Of a stretch of 64,000 nt of DNA, positions 37,209 through 48,980 are shown piece after piece (within the stretch, counting starts at the first letter, position 1; each line of letters opens with the position of its first letter). The translations under genes were made by a program, and so were the position numbers. The notes under the pieces are model-generated. The model made no database searches. It worked only from the letters and a program-made list of their open reading frames with translations, and was not told the DNA's origin. Origin of the DNA: a virus; IMG/VR virus record IMGVR_UViG_3300037502_004185, positions 1 through 64,000 of that record; one strand, 5' to 3'.

Positions 37209-38162
37209 TTATTGGAATTTTCGTAATGAAGATCCGAAGTTGACGAATTGCTGTTTAATTTGAGGCGCAACACTCACTTTTTGCTCTACTGGAACGTAGC
37301 TATTTGTCGGTAAAGTTGCCATTTTTCGGGAACCTAGCGACTCAAACATAGCTCGCACCACTTGATGATCTTCCTTGCTGGCCATGTTGGCGATCGCTTT
37401 GCGCTGCGCATCGGTCACATAGATAGGTAAAGAGTCCACAACATCAAGCAGCATCGAGGTTGCCTTAGCGTTTTGCTCTACCTTTTCACGCAACTCTGCG
37501 TTCACGCTTTCTAGGTACATAAGCTGGTTAGTAAGATCACCGACAAGCTCAACATTGCTCTGTTGAGTCATGTTCGCGTAGATATTACGCGCGGATTCCT
37601 CATCAAAACCTTGTTCCTGTAGCGATTCGAGGATCATTTGCTCGCTGTTCGCGCTTTCCATCATCATGGCCGGATGGTCTAGGCTGATATAGTTCGGCTG
37701 CAATACGTAGTCCATACCGTGATATGAAGTAGTAATCGATGCCTCGCGTGTATCTTGGCCACCAGTCGCCCAGCTCCAACCACCAGCACGGCTATTGTAC
37801 AAACCTAAAGCGATACGGCCTGTATCGGTATCTAAAAACTCTTGAGTGTGTTCAACAATACCGTCATCTGAACAGGTGATAGAGATTGTGCGGTTAGATG
37901 GCACGTTTTCTACCACAACCGGACGACCATTAATCATGATCACCTCAGTTTCACCAATTGAGAGCTTATTAGCGCGTTGGCGGGATTGATGGCCATAGTA
38001 ACCATACGCCTCACCTAGTCGTAGTAGCTCTTGAGTTCGTGGGCTGTTGATCATCGCTTGCACGGCTTTGATGATGTAGTTGCGCTTGTTGGCGCTAAGT
38101 TTTCGACCGTCATTGAATAGGCTGAAACGGTCGGATACTTGTTTAAGTGCTTTTGCTGTCAC
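37209..38162 (-). CDS. pro: Prohead protease
   Basis: V.DRF.L, QELLRLGE.YGYYGH..R, GGWSWA match P1 Pro as recalled. Confidence 0.85.
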   Translation of the reverse strand: MTAKALKQVSDRFSLFNDGRKLSANKRNYIIKAVQAMINSPRTQELLRLGEAYGYYGHQSRQRANKLSIGETEVIMINGRPVVVENVPSNRTISITCSDDGIVEHTQEFLDTDTGRIALGLYNSRAGGWSWATGGQDTREASITTSYHGMDYVLQPNYISLDHPAMMMESANSEQMILESLQEQGFDEESARNIYANMTQQSNVELVGDLTNQLMYLESVNAELREKVEQNAKATSMLLDVVDSLPIYVTDAQRKAIANMASKEDHQVVRAMFESLGSRKMATLPTNSYVPVEQKVSVAPQIKQQFVNFGSSLRKFQ

Positions 38163-38175
38163 TTTCTTTTCTCCA

Positions 38176-39849
38176 TTAATGGCTTTGGATTTCGGTTAGT
38201 AGGTCGAGAACTACGTCTCTAACGAATCGTTCCGCTTCGCTTTGGTCAGTCATGCCAATGGATTCCATCATCTTGTCGTTCTTGGCCACTTGAGCTGCGA
38301 GCTCAGAAATGACTTCATTGGCCAGCTCGGAGTCGAGGCCAACAACGGACGTGTAAAGATGGTTTTTGAGTTTCGAAGACTTGCTGATTGGGGATTGCTC
38401 GATAAGGTCAAGCACGGTAGTCAGCATGGTTGCGTAGTTCGCTTGCGACTCCATTGCTGCCGACTTCTCTTGCTCGATAGCAGTGTTGAGAGAGTTAAAT
38501 CGGATCTCGAATGGCATATCGTTGTCATTCCACACCTTGCCGTCTCGGTAGATGGTGTGAATGTCGATAGCGCGCTTAACGAACGTCACCACGGCTGCGC
38601 GGATTTGGTTGGCGCGTAGTGCAGATTGAATCGAAGTGCGGAAGAAGCCGCCCTCGCCTAGCCCACCAGAAAGAAGATCACCAAACCCAAGCATTGATGG
38701 GTCTACGCCAAGCGTTCCGGCTAAGCGTTTAAGGTGAAACATAATGTCTTCGATGTGGGAGATATTTGGGTCAGTGGTAAAGGTATCAATCTGCAAGCCA
38801 CCTTTAGCGCCACCCATAAAGGGCAATAGCGTGTTGATGACGGTTGGGATGAAACCTAGCTTGCGGGAACGGTCTACCACCTCTTGACGATCTTGCTTCA
38901 TCTGGTCAGCGACCATGTTGATGTATTCCGCAGCTCCCGCAGCATCTAAGCCGTCAGTGTTTACCGCTACCATGCGATCGATAAGTGAAGCATTCACACG
39001 ACTTGCGCCTAGCGCTGCAATGGACTGGCGAAGCATCGACCAAGCCTCAAAACAGGTAAGCAGAATGGATGTGCCGTAGTTCTGCGTCTCGATTGGCATA
39101 CGTGAATACGCATCGTCATAAAGTGAGTAGCGCTGGCCAGTGTAGTTAACTGGCGGCATATCCATATCTGGTCGCCAGATTGGCATCTTTAGTGGGATAA
39201 GCGCCCAAGGCTCGGCAAGACGTACCTGTTCGCCGTTCGCTCTGGTTTGTAGATATTCCGCAGTAAATCCAGCTAGCTCGCCCGAACGTTCGTACTCACG
39301 AATTTGGTTTGGCAACGTGTAGTAGTTGGCCTCAAAGTGAGTAATACCCACGCCCTCTTTCGTGTATGGGCGAACATAGTTAACCCCATAAACCAGCGTT
39401 GAATACGTCCAGTTCATTAGGTTTTCGTTGATTGGAGTTAGCAGCTCTCGGTTAAGACGGCCTACGTACTCGGCGTACTTCTCATCGGTTGGATGAAGAT
39501 ACACAGCCATGCCATTGTCGTTTGATACCGAAAGAGCGTGACCAAGGTGCAGATTGAGCGCGGCATCAATCGTGCTGTCCTCGGCCATTTCCTTGAGTAT
39601 CGGATATAGCATGAAGCGATCTTTCGGCAGCTTGTGCAGAAAAAAGCGGTCTGAGCTTTTTCGACCGTCATTGGTCAGAGCGCCGTTGCTTTCATCTAAT
39701 TGGTTTTCGCGATCGTGGAATGGCGATCCCGTGTATCCAGCGCCAGATTCAAAACTGATCCCGCTCTCTTTATCGTCATTCTCGTTAAAGAAAGGGAACG
39801 CTTGTTTTAAAGCTGTCGCTAGCCCAATTGATGCCTTGTTTTGCGACAT
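38176..39849 (-). CDS. prt: Portal protein
   Basis: LP.DR...YP.L.EMA, YVRPY.KEG.GI, YYTLP match P1 Prt as recalled. Confidence 0.9.
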   Translation of the reverse strand: MSQNKASIGLATALKQAFPFFNENDDKESGISFESGAGYTGSPFHDRENQLDESNGALTNDGRKSSDRFFLHKLPKDRFMLYPILKEMAEDSTIDAALNLHLGHALSVSNDNGMAVYLHPTDEKYAEYVGRLNRELLTPINENLMNWTYSTLVYGVNYVRPYTKEGVGITHFEANYYTLPNQIREYERSGELAGFTAEYLQTRANGEQVRLAEPWALIPLKMPIWRPDMDMPPVNYTGQRYSLYDDAYSRMPIETQNYGTSILLTCFEAWSMLRQSIAALGASRVNASLIDRMVAVNTDGLDAAGAAEYINMVADQMKQDRQEVVDRSRKLGFIPTVINTLLPFMGGAKGGLQIDTFTTDPNISHIEDIMFHLKRLAGTLGVDPSMLGFGDLLSGGLGEGGFFRTSIQSALRANQIRAAVVTFVKRAIDIHTIYRDGKVWNDNDMPFEIRFNSLNTAIEQEKSAAMESQANYATMLTTVLDLIEQSPISKSSKLKNHLYTSVVGLDSELANEVISELAAQVAKNDKMMESIGMTDQSEAERFVRDVVLDLLTEIQSH

Positions 39850-40230
39850 GTGCGACCTCGGTTAGTTGAGGCGCTTTCTACAGGGATGGGGATGATCTTG
39901 GATGATAGCGCATCGCGTCAATGTGACCAATACGCTAATAAATGATTGATTTTCTATGCGTTAAATTTTTTTAGTCAAAGTTCAATTGCTTACCTTTGAA
40001 TCTTGGTTACTCACCAAAAACACTAATTTTTATTCTTGATGACAACCTCTGTGTTCGGAATAATTCTCCCGTCCCTAAAAATCTACTTCCTTAGATATTT
40101 TAGATTATTCATTAACTTAAATTGATATTGATAGTGGCGTTTTTTTGGGATGGGGAATAGGAAAGGAAAAAGTCGGGCGAAAGCTCGACTTTTTTTTTGG
40201 CTTTTATCCAAAGAATAAAAGGCACGTTCA

Positions 40231-43200
40231 ATGAACACTGATTTAACCCGCAGTATTGAACAGGCGACAACAATCGATGAACTGGTACGCCAGTTTGAAG
40301 CCTTGCTCGCTGTCGATATTAGCGACACTCCAAAAGGCCACCAGCGCCTTAAGGCTAACCAACTAGCCAAAGATATTCTCGCCAAGTACAACGGCGACTA
40401 CTCCAACGTTTCACCCGAAGATAAAGCAGCTCTGCGCGACTACACAGGTTTTGGCGGTATCGGTGGCTCCACCAACGAATACTACACGCCTAAATGGCTG
40501 GCGAGCGCGACTTGGGATGCAGTTCGTTCCTATGGCTTTACTGGCGGCAGCGTACTTGAACCAAGTTCGGGCGTGGGCGTATTTAGCGAAACCAAACCTA
40601 AAGGCACCCTGACTACATCCGTAGAAATGGATCAGACCTCAGCGGCCATCAACCAAATTCTTCACCCCGAAGACCATGTAATCCAATCAGCATTCGAAGC
40701 GGTAGCAACTAATCCTGGCATTGGTGACTTTGACCTAGTGATCGGCAACCCGCCTTATGGTGTTCGAGACGCTAGCGCGATGAAAGACAAAGCGTACAAA
40801 GACATTAAGTACGCTGATCAGTATTTCGTTTCTCGTTCTATCGATAAAGCGAAAGCTGGTGGCTTGATTGCCCTAGTGCTGCCAACTCGTATTTGTGATG
40901 CGAAAAACCTTGAGAAGTGGCGTACACAACTCGCACTTAAAGCGGAGTTTTTGGGCGCGCACCGACTACCAACGGGCACGTTCTCTGATACGGGCGTAGT
41001 GACTGACCTTGTTATCTGGCGCAAACACAGCGACCAAGCGAAAGCACTGATTGATAGTGCCGACCGTGACACGCTGATTGAATCTAACGTGCTTTGGGAT
41101 ACTTGGCTTAAAGGTAAGTGGTTCGAGCGCGAGGGTAAGAAATTCATCAACGGCGAACAGACTGTTGAGGGCGTAGGTAAGTTTGCGCGCAAAGTCGTGA
41201 AGCGTGGCAACCGTTCTAACGAGGATATTAAAGAGTCGCTAATGCGCCGCTTTGACAGTCGCATTGACTGGATGTTGCTCGATGAAGCGGTCAGCGAGCC
41301 AGTGAGCGCGAAATACTCCGAGGGCGACATGATTTTCCGCAATGGCCAGCAGTACGAAATGATTGATGGCGAATGGGAGTTATCTGAAAGCAACGCGCAA
41401 ACAGGCGCTATCAGCAAGCCGACCTATGGCGTAGATAACACCGATGAGATCGGTTCTATCACCTACTCTACTGAATCGATGCTTAAGCTATCGGCCAGCC
41501 AAGCGCTCAAGCTTTTCGAAGATTACGGTTACTTGTGTCATGACGACTTTAAAGCCCTAATGCGCGAGATAGCCAAGCTGCCAAAAGCGAGCCAAGAACA
41601 CGCTTATAAAGGCATTCTACTTGGCATGAAAGTTCAAACACTTGCAACGCTGGTTGCTGGTGGCCGAACCACAGCCAATAGCGACTTGGCCAACATGGCA
41701 ATGGGCGCGGAGGACTTCCAGACCGAACAATATCGCGTGAAGTTAAGCGGCGAAGTGTTAGAGCTGAACGCACTAATGGGCGGCTCTAAGGTATCGAAGA
41801 AAGCGCTAAGCAACTTAAGCGAGAAGTACGTTTCTGCATGGAATTACTACCACTCATCGATCGATTCTAAGGGCAAACTGTCTGACCTACTCAAAGGCGA
41901 CCTTAAGCGTGAGCTGACTGTTCAATACAGTTCGTCTCGCATTGGTGACGTGTTCCATCTATGCGACCGTGAACTAGGCATAACCACACTGACACTGCAT
42001 GACGTTCGCACGTATTACACCGCAAGCGGTATCGATGCGATGAGCGATGAGCAGTTGCTTGATTACCTAGCGAACATGGATGAGGTAGCCGTAAACCCTG
42101 ACGGCACGGTGACGGCATTCCATAAGGCGACGACTGGCCTAGTCGGCAAGCGCATGGATCAGCTGACCGCACAATTAGTATCGGCCACCAGCGATACCGT
42201 GAAAGCTAACATCATGCGCCAAATCCAAGCCATCGAATCTAAGCGAAACAAGATCTCGATTGCCGATGTGAAGATGAAGCTTACCGATAAGTGGATTCCT
42301 AAAAACATCATGCTTGAGTTCCTGCATGACCGTGGCTACACGGAATTTATCTTGGGCGACTTTACCGAGGATAAGGACGGCTTTGAGGATTTCGTACAAA
42401 GCGAATCCGGCCAATACCTCACTGGCTACCGTTGGCGTGATGGCGAATGGATTGATGGCCTAACTCGTAATGGCGTGAAAGGTAAAGCAGCGAACAGCGA
42501 TGAGCGATTTGAGCGTCAAATTGAATCGTACATCAACTATGGTGCTGTTCGTGGCGGTAGTAAGAACGAAGATAAATCACTTATCCGTGAACAAATGCGC
42601 CGCCTCGATGATGAGTTTTCTACATGGATTGCATCATCTGACCATTCAGAATACTTGGAACAGGTTTACAACAATACGTTTAACGGTTGGATTAAACCGG
42701 AGTTCGATGACACTCCATTATCGCTAGATGGCGTATCTGGTGCGATTGAGTTCCTACCTTACCAAAACTCAACCATTCGCCGTCACAGTGCAGACGGTAA
42801 CGGCATTATTGCCTTTGGTACTGGCTTGGGGAAAACGCTCACTGGCCTTGGCCTAGTGCAGTACAACCTAGAAACCAAACGCGCAAACCGTGTGGCCATC
42901 GTTGTTCCTAAATCAGTGCTAGAAAACTGGTTCTATGAGTCCGACCTGTTCTTTGGTGAAAGCAATCTATCTGACAAGGTATTTATCGGCCTTGAAGTTC
43001 ACAAAGACGATGACGGAAAAATCATTCGGGAACCGGTATTAGATGAAACGGGCGAACCGAAGTTAGACAAGAAAGGCGATCCTATCTTGCGCGCCAAACT
43101 GACCGTAGACACAAACGGCAAGCGCGTAGCAGAACAGCTACACCAGCTTACACAGTCAACCGCTCGCATCGTGGTAATGACAAAAGACGTGTACAACCGC

Positions 43201-46200
43201 ATTCCATTGAAGCCGGACACGATTTCGGCCAACGTGCTTGAAATGCGCGATGCTGGTTTGATTGCTGGTTCAAGCAAGCTAGTTAAGGAAGCGGAAAGCC
43301 ACACAGAGCAAGCGAAGAACGCGCGCTTTGAAGCGAAATATGCTGACGATGGTACGGCCAAAAACGAAGAACTACCGTACTTTGAGGACTTGCTATTCGA
43401 CTCCGTTATGGTCGATGAGGCGCATGATTTCCGTAACTCGTACAAGGGCGGCTCATACCGAAACAACCTGGCATTCTTGCCTAGCCAAGCGCAAGCCGAT
43501 CGCGCTATCGATATGCAGCTTAAGAACAACGTCATTAAGGCGCGCAATGACGGTCGAGGCGTTTACTTCCTAACAGCTACGCCAACCGTAAACAGCCCTG
43601 TTGATATGTTCAATATGCTGTCCCACATCATTCCGGCAGATACGTTTGCCAAGATGGGGATCTTTGACAGCGACGACTTTATCCGCATGTTTGGTAAGAC
43701 TGGCGAAGCGCTGGTTACTAAGATTTCGGGCGAAGTTGAACAGCGTGAAGCCCTACTCGGATTCCAAAACCTAGACGCACTTCGAAACATCGTTAACCGC
43801 TACATGACGATCGAGGATGCTAAATCCGTTGGTGCCAACGTTCACATTCCTGACCTGATTAGCCAGCAAAGCGTTGTCCAAATGAATAGCGAACAGGAAG
43901 CGCTATATGAGGAACTACGCCAGCGCGCTGACGCAATCAGCAATCCAGACAAAGACGAAAACCAAGAGATTGTCGAGCAATACCCTAACGACACGGTTTT
44001 CGGCCTGATCCGCAAGATGGACAAGGTAAGTACAGACCTTGATTTGTACTATGAGCGTGTTACCTACCGATTCGCCAAGGACAGCAAGAAAGAGGTTGAG
44101 GCGGCAGTAGCCAAGCTACCAAATACCGTCACGGTCGCCTTTGAGGACGTGGCACCAGACGGCACGGTTAAGCTAAGCAAAATCCAAGTTAAGGTTGATA
44201 AGAGCGTTAAGGTTGAGGGCGATCACTGCGTGGTTCAGCTCCACCAGCAACTTGATGACAGATTCACAAAAATTTGTGACAAGGCCAAGTTGAAATTTAC
44301 GCACCCTGTCTCTCCTAAGTACGCCAAGTTCCTTGAGAGCGCCCGCGAGATTTATCTGGCTGGCGGTAAGCAGCTTGTCTTTACCGAAGAAAAAACACAA
44401 CACAAGAAAGTCGCGCGAATCATTGCGGATTTTGTTGGTTGTAAGCTGTCTGAAATCGGCATTTTGAACAGCGATACCGTTGCGGGTAAGAAAGGCTCTA
44501 AAGCGACTGAGGACGATGAGGAAGCGGGTTTGGAAGCAATGGCCAATGCTTACAACACCTCGAAATACAAATTCATGATCCTCAATAAAAAAGGGGAAGT
44601 TGGCATCAACTTGCATCATGGCACAACCGATATTCACCACTTAACGCTACCTTGGACTCCAATGAGTATCACACAGCGTAATGGCCGTGGCGCGCGTGTT
44701 GGCTCTAAACAAAACAGCGTGAACGTTCACTACTACACGTCGAAAGGCTCATTCGATGATTTCCGCTTGGCCACAATCCAACGCAAAGCCACTTGGATTG
44801 AGACAATGTTCAAAGGTGATGACAAGTACATTGCGAACGCCGATGCAGACGCAGCTGACGAAACTGCAATCATGCTGGCAGCGAATCCAGAAGAAGCGAA
44901 AGCCCGTATCGAAGCGGCTAAGCGTCAAGCTGAGCGCAAGCGAAAATTAGAGGAACGCCGACTAGCAAGTATCAACGTTAGCAAGTACATCAAAGCCACC
45001 CAAATGCTTGCTTTGGATGTGAGTGCGGTTGAGGGCGAGCTGGCCGAACTACGCGAGAAGTTAGAGCCGCTACGCAAAGAGGTGGAAGAAGATCGCCTAC
45101 GTGCAGAGGGCGAGAAGCGCGGCAGTTGGCAGCACAAAAACTACCAACGCACCAAGGGCAGACTGTTTGCCCTAGAAAGCCAAATCAAAACCTTTGAGGC
45201 AGCGATCAAAAACCGCGATAAGGCGAGCGACACCATTAAGAAACTGAAACCAGCAATGGAGCTGGCCATCAATGACGGTGTGCTAAAAGACTACCCTGAC
45301 TTCCTAACTCATCCAGAGTTATACATTGTTCGCAACGGTGTGATTGTTCGTAATGGCTACACCTACAAAGCCGAAGTTAAGAGCCGTTCTTGGAGCGCCG
45401 AGTACGACTCAAAAGCAACAATCATGATCACCAACTTCGACCGTAAATCTGGCACGGTGGACGGCTTTATTACTGAAATGGACGGCGAACCAGCGTCACG
45501 CAACTATGTCGATCTACCTGTTGAGCGCATCATTGAAATTGCGCCAGTGAATCAGGATAGAGCAGCACTAGAAGCAAAAGCGCTCCAAGGTGTACCACTA
45601 AGTGAAGTCGCTCATACGTTTGACCGTGAGACGTTCTTTGAACTGGTCGCAGAGAAGAAAATGAAAGCCTACGGTAATAGCCGCCGTTGTTTGGTGCGCA
45701 ATGCTGACGGCTCATTCTCTACGCCGTGGGGATTGGATGTTGAACCAGACCAAACGCTGATTTATCCAGATGCGAGCGATAAAGCGACCGCGAAAGCCCT
45801 ACTCGACCAAGTGACCAAGCAATTGGAAGATAAAGGTCGCGTGATGTTGGAACACGACATTCTAAGTTTCTTTATCGGTAGCGATTGGGATAAACAGGCG
45901 ATGGAAAACGGCAACCAAGTGAGCGAACAGGAAGTCGTTGAACTGGTGACACTTGAGATCAAAGCATTCGAGGAAAAATACCCTGAGCTTTATCAAGAGG
46001 CACTACTCAAAGCGGAGACGACTTACAAAACGTCTATCACGTTCCTCAAAGAGCTAGATAACCATCTAAGCAATTTGAAATGGACAGGTTACACCAACGC
46101 ACACGAAGCGCGCCGCCTATCGGCTCGTGAGTACACTCGTTACACCGATATTCTGACCGAACGTTCGAGCGAATACCGCACAGAGTTGGAAGATAAGCTA

Positions 46201-46950
46201 TTCGCTGACTTCACTAAGCTGGTGGCCAACGACCCTGACCGTGCAAAACGCCTATCACAGATCGCGTACTGGATGACGCAATACAAGCCAACGACCGATA
46301 CTCACTTGCTGAAAAAGGTCGATGCGATTTACGGCGAAAACTCACAAGAAACCATGCTTAAGGTATGCGCTGACCTACACGCTATTGGCGAACGTGAGTT
46401 CCTATCCGGTGACGGCCTAATCTTCTCGGATGACTGGTCATTGAATCGCATGAAAGGTGCGTATGGTTCGCTATTCACTTACCGCAGCGCACAGCGTGAG
46501 GAATTTATCGAGAAGTACCTAAATGCGGATAAGTCGGAAAAGGCCGAGGTTAAAGTGACCGAAACGCAGAAAGTGAAAATCGATAATATCTCTGCCATTA
46601 ACGTAGAGAGCATCGAGAAGTTTAGCGAACTAATGTCAGGCATTGGCATCGACGTTAAAATGGTGACTTCACCAATTAGCTGGAAGCCTAAGCGCGGTCG
46701 CAACCGAAAAGAGATTGTTGTAGAGCCATACGAGCGCATTGGTTTGATGGACAACAACGGCCTTAAAGGTTCGCTTAAAGTGATGTTCGCTGGTGACAAG
46801 GAAGCCAAGGCCGAGTACGGCGCAGACTTCGCCTCGAACGCAAGCAGTGAGTTTAATGGCGGCTGGTGGTTTATCTCTGCTAAAGCGGATTTGGAATTGC
46901 TAGCGAAATCGCTATTAACCATTCACAACACAATGGCCGAAGCTGCCTAA
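40231..46950 (+). CDS. darB: DarB antirestriction protein (N6-MTase plus SNF2 helicase)
   Basis: EYYTP, LEPSSGVG, GNPPY; GTGLGKT, DEAH, QRNGRGAR; 2239 aa; divergent from prt. Confidence 0.92.
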   Translation: MNTDLTRSIEQATTIDELVRQFEALLAVDISDTPKGHQRLKANQLAKDILAKYNGDYSNVSPEDKAALRDYTGFGGIGGSTNEYYTPKWLASATWDAVRSYGFTGGSVLEPSSGVGVFSETKPKGTLTTSVEMDQTSAAINQILHPEDHVIQSAFEAVATNPGIGDFDLVIGNPPYGVRDASAMKDKAYKDIKYADQYFVSRSIDKAKAGGLIALVLPTRICDAKNLEKWRTQLALKAEFLGAHRLPTGTFSDTGVVTDLVIWRKHSDQAKALIDSADRDTLIESNVLWDTWLKGKWFEREGKKFINGEQTVEGVGKFARKVVKRGNRSNEDIKESLMRRFDSRIDWMLLDEAVSEPVSAKYSEGDMIFRNGQQYEMIDGEWELSESNAQTGAISKPTYGVDNTDEIGSITYSTESMLKLSASQALKLFEDYGYLCHDDFKALMREIAKLPKASQEHAYKGILLGMKVQTLATLVAGGRTTANSDLANMAMGAEDFQTEQYRVKLSGEVLELNALMGGSKVSKKALSNLSEKYVSAWNYYHSSIDSKGKLSDLLKGDLKRELTVQYSSSRIGDVFHLCDRELGITTLTLHDVRTYYTASGIDAMSDEQLLDYLANMDEVAVNPDGTVTAFHKATTGLVGKRMDQLTAQLVSATSDTVKANIMRQIQAIESKRNKISIADVKMKLTDKWIPKNIMLEFLHDRGYTEFILGDFTEDKDGFEDFVQSESGQYLTGYRWRDGEWIDGLTRNGVKGKAANSDERFERQIESYINYGAVRGGSKNEDKSLIREQMRRLDDEFSTWIASSDHSEYLEQVYNNTFNGWIKPEFDDTPLSLDGVSGAIEFLPYQNSTIRRHSADGNGIIAFGTGLGKTLTGLGLVQYNLETKRANRVAIVVPKSVLENWFYESDLFFGESNLSDKVFIGLEVHKDDDGKIIREPVLDETGEPKLDKKGDPILRAKLTVDTNGKRVAEQLHQLTQSTARIVVMTKDVYNRIPLKPDTISANVLEMRDAGLIAGSSKLVKEAESHTEQAKNARFEAKYADDGTAKNEELPYFEDLLFDSVMVDEAHDFRNSYKGGSYRNNLAFLPSQAQADRAIDMQLKNNVIKARNDGRGVYFLTATPTVNSPVDMFNMLSHIIPADTFAKMGIFDSDDFIRMFGKTGEALVTKISGEVEQREALLGFQNLDALRNIVNRYMTIEDAKSVGANVHIPDLISQQSVVQMNSEQEALYEELRQRADAISNPDKDENQEIVEQYPNDTVFGLIRKMDKVSTDLDLYYERVTYRFAKDSKKEVEAAVAKLPNTVTVAFEDVAPDGTVKLSKIQVKVDKSVKVEGDHCVVQLHQQLDDRFTKICDKAKLKFTHPVSPKYAKFLESAREIYLAGGKQLVFTEEKTQHKKVARIIADFVGCKLSEIGILNSDTVAGKKGSKATEDDEEAGLEAMANAYNTSKYKFMILNKKGEVGINLHHGTTDIHHLTLPWTPMSITQRNGRGARVGSKQNSVNVHYYTSKGSFDDFRLATIQRKATWIETMFKGDDKYIANADADAADETAIMLAANPEEAKARIEAAKRQAERKRKLEERRLASINVSKYIKATQMLALDVSAVEGELAELREKLEPLRKEVEEDRLRAEGEKRGSWQHKNYQRTKGRLFALESQIKTFEAAIKNRDKASDTIKKLKPAMELAINDGVLKDYPDFLTHPELYIVRNGVIVRNGYTYKAEVKSRSWSAEYDSKATIMITNFDRKSGTVDGFITEMDGEPASRNYVDLPVERIIEIAPVNQDRAALEAKALQGVPLSEVAHTFDRETFFELVAEKKMKAYGNSRRCLVRNADGSFSTPWGLDVEPDQTLIYPDASDKATAKALLDQVTKQLEDKGRVMLEHDILSFFIGSDWDKQAMENGNQVSEQEVVELVTLEIKAFEEKYPELYQEALLKAETTYKTSITFLKELDNHLSNLKWTGYTNAHEARRLSAREYTRYTDILTERSSEYRTELEDKLFADFTKLVANDPDRAKRLSQIAYWMTQYKPTTDTHLLKKVDAIYGENSQETMLKVCADLHAIGEREFLSGDGLIFSDDWSLNRMKGAYGSLFTYRSAQREEFIEKYLNADKSEKAEVKVTETQKVKIDNISAINVESIEKFSELMSGIGIDVKMVTSPISWKPKRGRNRKEIVVEPYERIGLMDNNGLKGSLKVMFAGDKEAKAEYGADFASNASSEFNGGWWFISAKADLELLAKSLLTIHNTMAEAA

Positions 46951-46956
46951 CTCAAA

Positions 46957-47862
46957 TTTTCGCATGCGATAAGTTTTCGCATGCGAAAACTTTTTGGAGA
47001 CAAAAATGATTACCCAAGTGAAATTGCCTACCGTTGAAGATCTACAGCCCCTACTCGATGAGGCATTAGAAACAGCGCAAAGCAAAGAAGCATTTATCCA
47101 AGCTCAAGTAGATGGCATTTACAAAACACTTAAAGCCAATCCGCTCATGTACCGTCACTATGGTGCTTATTGGTGGGCGGTTAAATCGCTTATGACTAAG
47201 CATGGTTATGACCTTGGCAGCGATTCAGAAGTGATCACAGAGCAACACTTCAATTTCGAAGACCCTGCGATTTTGTTGTGTGCTGCGTGGGCGTACCAGC
47301 AAGAGCAAGTTGATAAAGGCTACTGGCAAGCAAACCTACATACCTACTACGCCGATGATGAAGAATTTGAATATTCTATCGAGGACGTAAATCTCGAAGC
47401 GTGGAGTGTTAACAGTAAATCGATGCAGTAAGTTTTCGCATGCGAAAACTTTTTCTCATATACCCGTCATCTTTGGCGGGTATTTTTTTGCATGGAATTT
47501 AGTGGAGAGTTTTCGCATGCGAAAACTTTTGAGATAGAAAAAATAAACCCCGCCACTGAAAAAATGGCGGGGATTGCACGTTGAATAGATAAGCTTTGAT
47601 GCAATCAATCCTACCCCTAATAGTTTTGTTGCCGCCTATCTGTAATTTAATGTATATGAAATAATTTTCATATTCAACAGGTTTTTCAATCTTTTTTATT
47701 AAAAACAACGAGCTATGCAACTAAGTGCTTTTGTCATCTTATGCCTGTTGACGCAGCTCTTTGTACCCTAGTTAAGTAATAGAATTGTCAAAAAGTTTTC
47801 GCATGCGAAAACACATGGAATCAATCTCACAATTTATCTGATGTTCTCGCATGCGAAAACTT
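46957..47862. repeat. parS palindrome cluster (GTTTTCGCATGCGAAAAC)
   Basis: Six copies at about 46957, 46973, 47432, 47509, 47795 and 47843, upstream of parAB. Confidence 0.8.
47006..47431 (+). CDS. ulx: Ulx (DarB incorporation factor)
   Basis: NP..YR.YG.YW..VK.L...GY, PA..L.AA..Y.QE; follows darB. Confidence 0.8.
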   Translation: MITQVKLPTVEDLQPLLDEALETAQSKEAFIQAQVDGIYKTLKANPLMYRHYGAYWWAVKSLMTKHGYDLGSDSEVITEQHFNFEDPAILLCAAWAYQQEQVDKGYWQANLHTYYADDEEFEYSIEDVNLEAWSVNSKSMQ

Positions 47863-47963
47863 GTGCAATCGGTTCTGTTTGTTCACTTTTTCGCTTGTGC
47901 TGTTGCTTCTGGCAACGTATAGTGTAACCCCGTTGCCAGTGACAACAATTAAGAGGCGTTGAT

Positions 47964-48203
47964 ATGGCATCCAAGGAACGATGCGAAAGACTAATTCAAT
48001 TAGTCGAGAAAGCAGGAAGTACCAGAAAAGCCAAGCTGCTTATTGATGGCGTTAAGGGAGTAAGCCCTTGTCACACTGCCATCTACAAAGCCATGAATGG
48101 CGGCGGTACGACCGATTATGTGGTTCAGTGCTATATCGATGATCTTGAGACAGCACTGAGCAAACCAAAACAGCAAACAAATTCCACCAGCAAAGGAAAT
48201 TAA
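47964..48203 (+). CDS. Cro-like HTH protein heading the par operon
   Basis: LVEKAGS.RKA...SPCHTAIYKAM. Confidence 0.55.
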   Translation: MASKERCERLIQLVEKAGSTRKAKLLIDGVKGVSPCHTAIYKAMNGGGTTDYVVQCYIDDLETALSKPKQQTNSTSKGN

Positions 48204-48206
48204 TTA

Positions 48207-48980
48207 ATGAGCATTATCATGGCGATTGCCAACCAAAAAGGCGGCGTTGGTAAAACAACTTGTACTTACAACTTTGGCATTAGCATCGCTAATCAAGGCA
48301 ATAAATGTCTATTCCTGGACTTTGACCCACAAAACAACTTAGGCGGTTCAATCGCACCGGAAATGGTCGAGAATCCAGAGTACACATCTGCGAGCTGCCT
48401 ACACAACGCTTACAACCTTTTCGAAAATCCAGTAAAGGCTAAACCTTTCGAAGTCAGCGAAAACGTACACGTTGTTGGCGGCGATAAGCGCATGGGCAAC
48501 ATTACTCAATCACAAATCTTAAACGTGGCTGAGTCTATCGACCTTATCAAAGACGACTACGACTATATCTTTATAGACTGTCCACCAGCGGCGAACGCGC
48601 TACAGCATGCAGCGCTACTTGTGGCCAGTAAGCTACTTATCATTAGCCAAGCACAAAAAATGTCGATCAAAGGCGTTAATGAGCTGGTTAAGACCTCGCG
48701 CCAAATCCGTCGAATGAACCCTGACTTGGAAGTGTTAGGCATTGTCCTAAACCTTATCGAAGCCAATATCACAAACGACCAGCGCGAACAGGAAGCGGAA
48801 CTTCGTAAAGAGTACGGCAACCTAGTTTTTGAAAACAAACTGATTAAAACAACGCGCGTAAGTGAAGCTCTAAACCAAGGCAAAGCACTGATTGAAACCA
48901 ACCCTAAAGCGGCTGAGAAATTCGGCTTTACAGCGGTTTGTGATGAACTTTGCAAGCGCATGGTAGAGGTGACAGCATGA
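48207..48980 (+). CDS. parA: ParA ATPase
   Basis: NQKGGVGKTT, DFDPQ, IDCPP. Confidence 0.95.
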   Translation: MSIIMAIANQKGGVGKTTCTYNFGISIANQGNKCLFLDFDPQNNLGGSIAPEMVENPEYTSASCLHNAYNLFENPVKAKPFEVSENVHVVGGDKRMGNITQSQILNVAESIDLIKDDYDYIFIDCPPAANALQHAALLVASKLLIISQAQKMSIKGVNELVKTSRQIRRMNPDLEVLGIVLNLIEANITNDQREQEAELRKEYGNLVFENKLIKTTRVSEALNQGKALIETNPKAAEKFGFTAVCDELCKRMVEVTA